64,000 nucleotides of DNA, taken from positions 15,850,105-15,914,104 of the forward strand of contig CM119267.1 in the NCBI GenBank assembly GCA_051294375.1. The letters are read 5' to 3'. Shown here one piece after another: positions 10,674-22,300 of the stretch; the stretch's first letter is position 1; each line of letters starts with the position of its first letter. Under the pieces are notes generated by a model that was not told the origin of the DNA, made no database searches, and saw only the letters and a list, made by a program, of their open reading frames with translations. The position numbers and the translations under genes were made by a program. This stretch comes from Paraspadella gotoi. Taxonomy: Eukaryota > Animalia > Chaetognatha.

Positions 10674-13600
10674 ATGACGGAAAAAACGGACGATCATCAC
10701 CGGTCCAACGCGGCAGAGCGATCGCACCCACGAAGCGACGCCATGCGGGAGTTATCGCGTCGGCGAGACGATTCCACGGGCAAGGACCCGATTCCACAGA
10801 TCCAGACCAATTCTTACGCGAGACGATCCGGTTCCGAGGCGAAAGATCATCGGGCGGCGCGGGGCCAAGAAAGACCCAGCGAAGGTTTTTTAAATCGAAC
10901 GACCGACGGTGAGAGTTGGGGCGGGGGGGGGGAGGGGTGGGTATTGATAGCGCAGAATTAGACGCTCTCTCTCTCTCTCCGCGATGTTTTTAGCCCAGAA
11001 CGAGGAAATCTACGACAAGGTGGCCACCCACAACAGAAAAATTAGAGATTCGATGCAACGTTCGACGAAGCGTGGAAGCACCATACGTAACAAGTCTGCC
11101 GAAGAGGAGGAACAGGTGGGTTTTTTTTTTCCTCGAAGTGTAAGGAGAACATCAATGCCACACAGACAGTCAGACACAGAGAGGACAAATCATCGCCTGA
11201 TATTTGCTTGCTTCAGAACTTTGTATCCGACTGAAGTCCGCCATTACACTGTAATTTACAGTTTGGTTAGACTTCTCGTCCCGCTTACTAGTATTATCCA
11301 TTAATTTAATAAATATATTATAATAATATAATATTATTTAATATTATAATAAGTTACTTAAAATTTAAAATAAAATGATTAAATTAATAATAATAGTGAA
11401 GAGACAGTGATAATTTTTATATGTTAGTGACAGAACCGTTCAATATAAGCAGTCCCTGAGCTTCGGATCAGGCTGTAACACTGTGTTACAGGCGGGTTAA
11501 GCGCCCCGTCCCTCTTAACTGCTAGGCGGCCACCGGGCCAGAACCCCGGACCTTTGGGTTGGGAGGCGAATGACTTGCCTCCGGCACCAATGGCCGCTGA
11601 TGAATGGTTGTGATGAGCGGGGTTTTCCATCAGCGACAGTTTATGTCCAACAGTTGGTGGATTTTAGTCCACCATACATCCCCCCTCCCGTAGGGAGAAG
11701 TCAGTTGCGTCTCTTCAGTGAATTGTTGTTGGTGGAAAGTTCGTCACCAAGTTGAGGCATGTCGCCTGATGTGTTGTGGACGGAAAGTGCATCGCCCGGT
11801 TGAGGCATGTCGCCTGAAAGTGTGGTTGTTGCTGTTGTGTTCGGAAGTCGGGCTTACCAATGAAGAGACAGTGATAATTGTTATATGTTAGTGACAGAAC
11901 CGTTCAATATAAGCAGTCCCTGAGCTTCGGATCAGGCTGTAACACTGTGTTACAGGCGGATTAAGCGCCCCGTCCCTCTTAACTGTGAGGCGGCCACCGG
12001 GCTAGAACCCCGGACCTTTGGGTTGGGAGGCGAATGTCTTGCCTCCGGCACCAATGGCCGCTGATGAATGGTTGGTGGTTTTTAGTCCACCATAATAGTA
12101 TATTCAATTTATTTAATAAATAATCTATTGTACCTTCAACCCGCACACAAGATAATAAAATGTTAAGACCATGTTCGTTCTAGACAAAAATGACTGAGGC
12201 AAGCTGCCCTGCCGACCGCTGCACAGTGAAGACCAAGTAGAAAATCTCTACATTGAAGACACTTTCCTGTTGTTTCGGTCGATGAGCGTTCAGGGTCATG
12301 GTTTGATTCTAAATTATTCTTTGTGGCGGTATATTCATACCGCCTCACATCCACTATGGTTAAGCCAAACTCATTGACTCAGAGGGGTTGCGTTCCATCC
12401 ACAGTCATAACGACTTGGCGGTATATTCTCACCGCATCATCTTTATCATAACAACAGCAAGAAGAAAAGATTCCGAATGTAGGAACTTCGGACGTTAAAA
12501 AGGATCGAAAAAGGAGATTTGATCTAATCGAAACGGCCTACGTCAAAGTACCAGAAGAAGCCTTTCCCAATAAGTGAGTAACGCGGTTCACTTTAAAGTT
12601 AAATATATATACAATGTATACATAGTTTTTCATATTTGTCTCTTACATAAATATGCTTCGGCTTTCTGATAAAACAATCCCACAATGTGCTAACTTTATA
12701 AGTAATAAAAGTAAAAAACAAGTAAAACTTATATTTCTATCTTTTCCCCTCTCAGCGATAAATATTGGACGCCGCTGTATCAACTGTTATCACGGGTTTT
12801 GTGGTTCTTTGGCGTTATTCAGATGCTTATCGCCATCGCCATGATTTTGACCGTCATCAACGCGACAAATTACGCCGAGGCGTTATTACGTAAAAACCTA
12901 TTTAATACCTTTTTTAAAAGTTCACCACCTTACTTTTTTTTAATTTTGTCTTCAGTCCCAGCTTTTGTACACGTCATACTGGGGTACTTGGTAATATCGG
13001 CGTCGAACCCCTTTGAACCGAAGACATACGTCATGTACAAGAATCTCGATCCCCGACGGGAGCGCATCATCGATTCCCTCGTCCACGGGCTACTCGTTTT
13101 AGAGACGGGCTTGTTATGTTTGATTGTCGCTCACATGATAATCCGGACCATGGTGGTCAACGATGCTGCCGCTATAGATCCTACTCAGGTCTAGATATTT
13201 GTTAAAACGTTTTACTGTGTAAAAATTTTAATCAGTGTGCACACTGTCCATGTGGGGCTTCAACTTTGTGGAAGGTTTCTGCCATTCTAAACCCTCTACT
13301 TTATTTCCCGAGATAAGGCCTCTCGCCGACTTTTCCTTTCAGATGGTGAACGCATTCATGTTCAACCTTCCCTCTTTGATTCTCGGCTTGTCGATGAGCA
13401 AAGTGAGGGGATTTTACTCTCAAGTTCCTGATCCACACGCCACGGTTTTCTATCCGATCGTCACTCTCTGTGTGGTGGGAATCGGGTTCGGGTTTCTCAT
13501 CAACGAGGTCCTTTGGAGAAAATCGTATGCCGGTGAGGAAGATGTTAGAGCGCGCATGATTATAAGCGGTCTCATCTTTAAAGATTAAAATTATTTGGAA

Positions 13601-16600
13601 TTATTGCTGAAATTTTTTTTATTTAAACTTGAAAAAATTTTTCAAATTTTTTTTTCAGAAAATTCGAAACAAATGATATTTCATAGAGTTTAAATAGCCC
13701 TTAATTTAGACACCAACAAATATTATTTGAAGCATTCATATAAGTATTATAATTTTGTAAATTTTTAATAATTTATAACATTTAAATAAATGCTTTATTG
13801 ATGCTTTATTGATGTATAAATGAAGGGCTTTTTAAACTCTATGAATTTGAAATTTGTTTAAAAAAATTTTTAAAAAGATATTTAGGCTTGAATAAAAAAT
13901 TTAAGCAAATTTCCAAATAATTTTAATCTTTAAAAATGCATAAGGGATAAAGTATTAATAAAAGTTTTATAAGTAAGGTATCTTAATAAAAAATTTTTCT
14001 CGATCTTGAAGATGGGACTGGTTATAATTGATTTTCTTAACTATTTCACATCATCTCGCCCAAAAAACATCAATTTTTTTGTTTTTTAAGAGTTGCTAGC
14101 AATTAATAGTTAAATTTAAAAAAAAATCGACCGAAAAATTAGCACTTGGTGGGGCACAATTTATACTATAGTACTAATCTCGGTGAAAAAAAAACAAGAA
14201 AAAAATTGGAAAAGTCTACCCCTGGTGCTAAAAAATGTATTTTGCTAACATTTTTTTTCTAGGAAAAAAAATATTTCGTATTATGAAAGAAGATTTGAAT
14301 ACCAAGCAAGTAGAAAGGGCATTAATCACTAATGTTAGAGCTATGCAAAATAATTGGCAAAATACTGGATTAGATTGGAAAAAGTCTCCTTTCTATAAAA
14401 TTCAAAGGGCTGTATTATTAGAGAAGCCGGACGATCTCGACGCCGCTTTAAAGGAACTTGACAAGCAAAAGTTGATTTTAAATCTCACTACCGAGCAAGA
14501 GAGGGAACTCGAGGAGTACCACGAAATGGTCAATGTACTCTACTTGGCCAAGGAAATGAATCTTAGAGAAAATCTTGAAAAGGCTATGGAGGAAAACGAT
14601 TTAGATAAGCTTCAGCAGGCATTAATGGAATACCGTAAATGGGCGAGAAATTCCCATTTTAATACAGCCGAAACTCATGAAATTATGAAAGAGGCACGGA
14701 TGCTTGGGCTTAAATTGCGCCACATAGAACAAAATAGGATTTTGGACGATTTAAACGATGCTCTTCAAAAAGATGATCTCAAATCGGCGGAAGAGTTGAT
14801 GGATTTGTTAGAAACAAAACGGATGGCTGACGAGCAACTCAAGATAAAAACGGAAACGATAAGAGATTTGTTTTTCGAAATGGAGAGAAAAAACAAGTCC
14901 CTCATTCGCCAAGAGATACGCGACGGCGCACGTAATAAAAATTTAGGTCAATTAAAATCTAACTTGAAAAAATTCGACCGATGTGGTCTTATAGACGAAT
15001 CGAAAGAGATGAGAGATAGCCGAAAACTGTGTGAGTCGTTAGAGGAAGAAGATAAGATGAGGATAAAGAGAGAGATTAGAAAAGCGCTCGTCGATGAGGA
15101 GAATCCAGAAGAACTCACCAAACTAGTGGCTGAATATAAACACAAAGATTATGCAAATGATCGTCTCATTACCGAAGCAGAGATTGTCATTCATCAATAT
15201 ATAAAAGAAGAAAAAACCGACTTGGAAGACTTGTTGGCCCAAATGAAAATGGCACTTTTAATCGCACCTGATTCTTTATCTTGGCGAGAGCTGGAGGATT
15301 TAATTTCCAAATACAAACAGTCAGGATTGGAAGACAATGAAGGTCTATTATTGGAAGCTGAATTAGTTCTTGCAGAAGTTAAAGAATTGCTAATGGCAAG
15401 AAATAAAGTTCTGGTCAATAATCTTATAGCAACTATGCAAATGTGTCTTGAACAGCCTATTTCCGAGGCTAGCAACAACCTGACAGCGGCAATAGCGGCT
15501 TGTCTTGATGCACAAATTACTTCAAAAGATGGTCCTATTGAAGAAGCTTTTTTGTTGCAATTCCAGCTAGATGCCAAATTAGCAAAAATGGTAGAAAAAG
15601 CTAGAGACCAGCTTGGGGAGGCTCGGACTGTGCTCGAGCTCAGAAATGCCATAATGTTTGTAGAAAACAATAAAATTCCTGAAGAATATATTTCTAATCC
15701 ATCAGTAATCAAAGTAAAAACCACTAAACCATGGCCGTCTACATTGTTGAAAGATGCCAAAGATAGACTTGCTTATATGCTCATTAATGAAGCGGCCACG
15801 TTGTCAGCAACTTTAAATGTTGGACCTGTTCCCAATTATCGTGACCTAAAAGCTATAGAAGAAGCTATAGAAAGATATAAAGCGTTATTACTTCCTGGAG
15901 AGGAATTAGAGGATACAAATTACCTAGAAGCGAAAAAGTTTTATGAGGAGTATAACGCGAAATTAATTATGCGGAATGATGGAATAAAAGCGGATCTTGA
16001 GAAGGCAATTGAGGAAGGAAAACAAGTTGAATTGGCTATTGCAATAAGAGAATTTAAAGATGCTGGAATTACTGATCCTGCTTTATTGACAAAGGGAGAA
16101 AAACACCTGGAAGCTGATGGTACTCTCAAAGAATTGAAACTGAGGTTAAAAGAAGCTACCCAAGACGAAAACCTGTTTCAAATAGAAGCGACACTTTTTC
16201 AATTAAAAGCATTAGGAGTTAATTCAGACAACGACAGGAAATGTTATAAAGCTGAGAAAAAACTAGAAATTCTTAAGGAAGATTACGAAAAGAAAAAAAA
16301 ATTTTTAAACGAACTTGTATTAGATAACGATGTGCACCAAAGGTCAATAATGGAGATGCTTGTGAGAGACCTTTCGGACTTAGGATATACCAAAGATAAT
16401 GATCCAGAAATTACTAAAGCCATCTTGGTTGTCGAAAAATTAAGAGTCATTGAATCAGCTAATAAAGCAGTTGCTGAAGCTCTTATAAGCGCTATGAAAA
16501 AGAAAAATTTGGATTCTTTATTACAGGCTATTCAAGATTTTAAAGCAGCAGGATTGTCATCCCAGGATGGGCCTATTAATGAAGCGGAGGACATGATTCC

Positions 16601-18506
16601 TGTTTTAAGAGGATTACGAGAAAAAGAAAAAAAGGAAAAATGCAAAGCCTTAGAAAGGGCGATTCAGCGAAATAGCATACTTGCACTGGATCTCGCAATA
16701 AATGATTTTTATGAAGCTAATTTTAAGCATACTGATGGGCCAGTATTAGAAGCTACTATGGTACTAGAATTACTGAAAGATTCAAGGCAAAAGCGCCATC
16801 AAGGCTATGACAAAAAACTGCAAGATGCGATGGCCATGGATCGAATTGCACTCGTTGAGACACTAATAAAAGAAATAGAAAATGAAAATCTAACAATAAC
16901 CGAGGTTCCCACACTCACAGAAGCGATGGAATGGATAGACAAAAAAACAGAGGAAATAAAAAAAGAGAAGCTCAATCAACAAGCACAGGATAAAGACTGG
17001 TCAAAGAGTCCTGTCTATCTTGAACAGGAGAAAAAAGAAACAATTAAATGCGAAGAGGACTGCGAAACTTTTCCATCCAATCCTCAATTGCAAGACAAAT
17101 TAGAACGTCATAAAATTCGTTGTTTAGTGTTAGAATCACGTGCTCAACTTATAAACGGAATTTCAGCATCCAAAAATATCTCATTACTGAAGCAGAAGGA
17201 AAATCTAACAAGAGAAGAGCAAAAATGGCTAAAAGAAATAGTGGAATCGGAAGAAACTAACGAATTCCGGAAGCAACTAAATAATGCCACAATGGAGAAA
17301 GATGCTCATTATTTAGATATTGTGGTAAAGAGAATACATAAGGCTGGATTGCAAAATCGATTAGCTACTGAACTTGCAGAAGCAGAAGCTAACATTAAGG
17401 CAAGCATTTCACTTCTCTTTATATATAAAATATTTTTAATTCTATATAATAAAGTTAAAATATTATTATGAATAAAATCTTAAAAGTATATGGACCAGCA
17501 CAAGAAAAGAGAAAGTGAGATAGAAAGAGAAATAGAGATATGGAGAGATTTATCTTGAGATTGAAAGATAAGAAATATCAAAAAAGTGAGAGTTAAAATA
17601 AAAAATAAGAGCCTTAAATTGCCTTAAATTAATTATTTAAGGCAATATATATAGTTTTTAATAATATTATATCAAACAGTTGAAAAAAATATTTTTGTAT
17701 TTAGTATTTATTTCTATATTTGACATTCAGGTTTTTACCAGACTTGCAGCGGTACGAAGACAAGTGAGGGAACTGAAACATTCTCTGGTTGCCGAAATCA
17801 TGTCGTATAGGGAACCACCTGAAGGAGTTTTGAATATCGTGAGGGCCGTTTTCTACATACTTGGGCACGAATTGTCGGAGCTTACTTGGGATGAATGTGT
17901 GAAACTCATGAAGAAAACTGGGAAAGACTCCCTGAAAAAACGAATTGAGGTATTTTTTTACTCGATCATCTATTAATACATGACACACATAAACTTATTT
18001 TATTGAATGAATTGATATTTTGATAATTTTATAATTTAATGCAATTTCATATATAAATAAATCGATTTGATTGAATTTAATTATAATTATTTTATTTAAT
18101 AATAATTATTTAATTTATAATTTTAATTATAAGGACAGAAGAGATTTTTTGGCATTTTTTGAACAGTGGACAGTCATGTTAAAAACTTTATTTAGCTGTG
18201 AAGAAGAGAGTAGGTTTTTCAAGTAATCTTACTATCCACACCGCCCAAGCCAAGGGATTGTTTCCCCGAGAAATATCTTAAACTTTACGTCAACTTCTCA
18301 ACAACTATCAGCTAGAAAATAGATAAAGATAAGTTTTACTTTCATAGAATTTCAATCCTACAAAAGAAAATGTGGATCAAAAACACATATTGAACTGCCG
18401 CACAATGCTGAAAGGATTAAACAATGAAGAGATGATGGGTGTCTCGATGTGCGCCGCTGTGTTTGGACTCTGGGTTACAACAGTGCTCGATACAGTAGAA
18501 CAATAA
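10674..18506 (+). CDS. Uncharacterised ~1506-aa protein: ~5 hydrophobic (TM) segments, long alpha-helical repeat rod, C-terminal dynein-heavy-chain-type microtubule-binding domain
   Basis: Phase-consistent exons 10674-10884, 10994-11115, 12458-12573, 12756-12889, 12956-13188, 13343-13532, 14263-17399 (GC donor), 17731-17949 and 18348-18506 total 4521 nt in one open frame. TM-like segments include VLWFFGVIQMLIAIAMILTVI and VFYPIVTLCVVGIGFGFLI. The rod has repeats such as LEKAIEEGKQVELAIAIREFKDAGI. The C-terminus ELKHSLVAEIMSYREPPEGVLNIVRAVFYILG...TWDECVKLM...SMCAAVFGLWV resembles the dynein MTBD. Confidence 0.7.
11526..11597 (-). ncRNA. tRNA-like (tRNA-Gly(CCC)-related) module in the left LTR; probably not a functional tRNA
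   Basis: 72 nt with acceptor stem GCGGCCA/TGGCCGC, T-arm CCGGG-GTTCTGG-CCCGG and Gly-like TTCGCCTCCCA; the anticodon stem is mispaired. Confidence 0.7.
11990..12061 (-). ncRNA. tRNA-like module in the right LTR
   Basis: Second copy of the 72-nt module, T-loop GTTCTAG. Confidence 0.7.
13573..13938. mobile_element. AT-rich foldback/MITE-like inverted repeat in an intron
   Basis: catctttaaagattaaaattatttggaa...ttcatagagtttaaatagccctt is an imperfect reverse complement of aagggctttttaaactctatgaa...ttccaaataattttaatctttaaaaatg. No clear TSD. Confidence 0.65.
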
Positions 18507-19331
18507 ACAAATGTTATTTACAAGTTATATTTATGTTCCGTTCGTGAATAAAAGATGTTATTTGTACCTGTTCCTAAAAATTAAAATCTTAAATCAAATA
18601 AATGTGCTCAGTATCTTAGCCTCTCTCATTGTAATTGATAATTATCATAAAATTAAGAATATCATTGTACAACAAAGCTTTTCTGGCATTATGAAATTGG
18701 CCGATTCGCACCACAGTCAAAAATGATGAAGAGATGATGGGTGTCTCGATGTGCGCCGCTGTGTTCCCAGTCGGGAAGATGACGATCGTCTTTTGTCTAA
18801 AAATCACTTTCCGTTCTTTTTCTCTCTCCTCAATTTCTCTCTCCTCTTCCGTCGGACATGCGCAGTAGGCCGAGTCAAAACCGCGCCGTCGCTGCCTTAT
18901 TACGAAAGTTACGCAAGTTACTATAATAGTTACTGACATCTCTTTGAAGCACAAAAAAAAATATAGTGATGCTGTTTACTTTTAGTTCTCTGGGTTTCGT
19001 TCGTTTAGGTAAACAGAAGTTTCAAAAATTACGTTTTCTTCCATATTTTCTTCAACTGTACGTAAGACGTATGTCCTCTTGGCAGAGTTGACTTACTGAT
19101 GGTAGTCATTTTCATCAGACGATGTTAAAATTGTCAAAACAAGCTGGTTCATAAGGTTATTTTCAAATTGTGATTTCTTAGTCTTAGATGTATATCGGCG
19201 CTGAATCATCTGCAGTGACACTTATTGTTTTGTATTACTTTTAAGTAGTTCCATGAGAACAACTCAATTTTGCTCCCGTTTGAAATCAACGATGGAATCG
19301 GACGTCCGTTCGATTCACGCACCACAATAAA

Positions 19332-22300
19332 ATGAGAAACTCTTACGTCCGGTCCGATAAGGACCCCGACCCCAACGCCGCGGAAGACGGCTCGGAAAAC
19401 GATTCAGAGCAAGAAGAAAATCTCGCTGAAAATAACAATAAAAACCTAATAGAAATAAAAAACCGACGGGGCATCACTGGCCGGCCACCTTTAAAACGAG
19501 AAACCGGAAGTCAAGGTAAAAGTGATGTAATACAATTAAAATATCGCTTGAGGGCGAAAATTAAAACAGCTTTGTTTCCTTTGCAGCCTCAGCAAGTGAC
19601 GCCGATGTCAAGACAGAGCCGCCGACGTCCGATGATCTTACATCTTCGCGCGATGTCAAACGTCGCTTCGTCTCGTCGAACACGGCGGACTCCGCAGTCC
19701 GTAGCAAAAGAAGACGAACGCAATTGACCGAAGATGGTTCGTAAGAATGAACCGTAAAATTCCGAGGCCAATATCTCTGTTTCTTACCTTGTTCTATGTC
19801 GTTTAGATTCGCATGACGTCAAGTGCTCAACGTCCGCGAAGGGACCCGACTTGTTGCGTGGGGAGACGGCGTTCGAGAGTGAGGGAACTCCGTCAGACGC
19901 TGCAGGGACTTCGGGACTCAAAACTTCGTTTCTAGCTGAAATTCCGTCAAAGCTTAACGGCTTTCGAAGCATGAAACGCCATCGCCCTGCCGAGCTTTTT
20001 CGCAAGGACTTGATTTCAGGTTAACAATGAAAGCATTTTATAACGTTTTTTAAAATTTTTATGTTGAATAGCCCCTGTTTATATTTCTTAAACCCAAGCC
20101 AATCGCAAAAGAGATTTCCAAATTAATTTGGCGCAATTATAAGTTAAAGCATCTGAGTTTTTTTCTATGTTGAAGTCATTCCCGAATCGTCTCTTAAAAG
20201 TTAAATACTTTTTTTTTAAACTACACTACAGCTATGAAATTAGCGGACTCAGAGCCTCTGGACGAAGCCGAATACCTCACGATCAGCGACCCCTGGCGTC
20301 AGGAATGGGAGCGCGGTGTCCAGGTTCCCGTAAATCCCGACGTCGTCCCCGAGGCGAGTGTACGTCAAATATACGACGACGGCTTTAAAGGAAGCTTCAA
20401 ACTCAATCCTCGAAAGTTTCTCCACGCCACTCAAGACGCGAACTTTCAATCCGGAATTCACGAGTTGACCATGGTAGACCAGATGGCGGAGCAGGTCTGC
20501 CGCTACGACCTGGACGACCTCGACATCGCCTGGCTCGGACGCACCAACGAGGAGTTGACGCTTTGCGGGGAGTCAGAGATTCACGAATACGCCATGGAAA
20601 AGTTTGTGGAGGAGGTGGAGAATAAGTGTTACGAACAACTGCAGGGAAAGATTCGCGCCGTCGAAGGTATGAAGTCACAAGATTTAAATGTGAATAATTA
20701 AGTACGTATAATCGTATATACAGTGTAAAGCCGAGGGTTTATATCAAGCAGCTTTATTAATGTTAGTGTTGACCTCTGAATTTTGAAATACAGCGGCGGG
20801 GATCGAATTCGACGACGAAATCGCCTGTAACGTTTGCTTCGCCCTGGAAGGCGAGGACGGCAACGAGATGATATTCTGCGACGCATGTGACGTCTGCGTC
20901 CATCAGGCTTGCTACGGCGTTCACTCAATTCCTGAAGGCGACTGGCTTTGTCGAACCTGCGCTACAGGTTCGATTACTCTTTTTTTTTGGGGGGGGAGGG
21001 GTGTCACTGAATGTTTTCAACATATTTAAATTCTTTATTTTTTTTTCCATCTCATTTTTTTACTTTGCAGAAAAATGAAAGTTTTCAATTTATCAAATTT
21101 AATTTTAAAATTAATCTATTATTAATATGAATATTATTAATATTAATTTATTATTAATTTATCCAGTGGATTGTCATTTAAAAGCTGAATAGTAGTTAAT
21201 ATATGCGAAAGAGCTAAAAACGACAATCACCATTTAAAGCCCATATCTAGGTATATTATCATTATTATTATTATTATTAGGCGTGCAACCTCAATGCGTT
21301 CTTTGCCCGAAAAAGGGCGGTGCTATGAAAAGTACCCGTTCCGGATCTTCGTGGGCTCACGTTGCCTGCGCCCTTTGGGTCCCCGAAGTATCCATCGGCG
21401 ATCCAGAAAAAATGGAACCAATCACCAACATCTCAAACATTCCGTCGCAAAGATGGTCGCTTCTTTGCAGCGTTTGCAAGTAATTTAATTTGCTCTAACT
21501 TTTTGATGACGTTCTAATGCTAAATGCTAATATTTTTATTTCAGGGAAAAATCTGGGGCACCAATTCAGTGTTCGGTGAAAACTTGCAAAACGGCCTTTC
21601 ACGTCACTTGCGCTTTTAATCAAGGATTTGACATGAAAACTGTCGTCGACGAATCCGACGACGCGGTCAACTTACAGTAAGGGTGTAACTCGATATAGTT
21701 TGTTAAATTTATTAAGTATAAGTAATATAAAACTCATTACCTTACTGTATTTTATCCAGGGCATTTTGTCGAAAACATTCCTCTGAAAGCGTAAAACTGA
21801 AGACGCGCCACCGTCGGGCTGGAAGGGCGTCCTCGGGGTCGACTTCCGCTTCGTCATCAACAGTAAAGAAGACGAGAGAGGAAGGAGCCGAGTCGGAGGA
21901 GACAGAGGACGACGACTTCGAGGACGAAATGACGGAGGAAGAAAAGGATCGACTCCGGAAGGAAAAGTGAGTCTGAGTTTCTTATATATTCCGAGGTCTC
22001 GCTTATTGGTTACGAAATCATTCTTTCAACTCGTCTATCAGGATTCGACAGTGCGAAGAAGATTTCTATATTCTAGTCAAGCCTGAGGATATTTTGCCAA
22101 GTGTTCAGGATTACTTAGCTCAGTGGCAATTATCGCTCAACCTTTTTCAAGCGTCACTCATCTTTAATTTTTGGAAGTTGAAAAGAAGGGTAAGTAAGCA
22201 CTAAGCATTTAGTCGTATGGTCAAATCATTTGTGAAATTTAAAATAGAACATAAATAAACGTAAAATGCGTGGTTCCACTTGTTAAAATTTTTCAGCACG

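Larger units (their letters stand above)
11397..12092 (-). mobile_element. Non-autonomous miniature LTR retrotransposon (TRIM) with tRNA-like modules in both LTRs
   Basis: Direct repeats 11397-11674 and 11861-12092 start TG and end CA, with flanking duplication TAATAG (11391-11396 and 12093-12098). On the minus strand a PBS TGGTAAGCCCGAC follows the 5' LTR and a polypurine tract GGGAGGGGGGA precedes the 3' LTR. The 186-bp interior is non-coding. Confidence 0.88.

Noticed and set aside
11526-11597. Functional tRNA-Gly gene
   Set aside because: The anticodon stem does not pair, the D and T loops are atypical, and it is embedded in an LTR.
11597-11640. CTGATGA in both LTRs, suggesting a hammerhead ribozyme or retrozyme
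   Set aside because: No correctly placed GAAA and stem II/III. The repeat is better explained as an LTR with PBS, PPT and TSD.
14235-17471. Stand-alone intronless 1078-aa gene or horizontally acquired ORF
   Set aside because: It has an acceptor at 14262 and a GC donor at 17400, both phase-compatible with the flanking exons; the ORF ends are intronic sequence.
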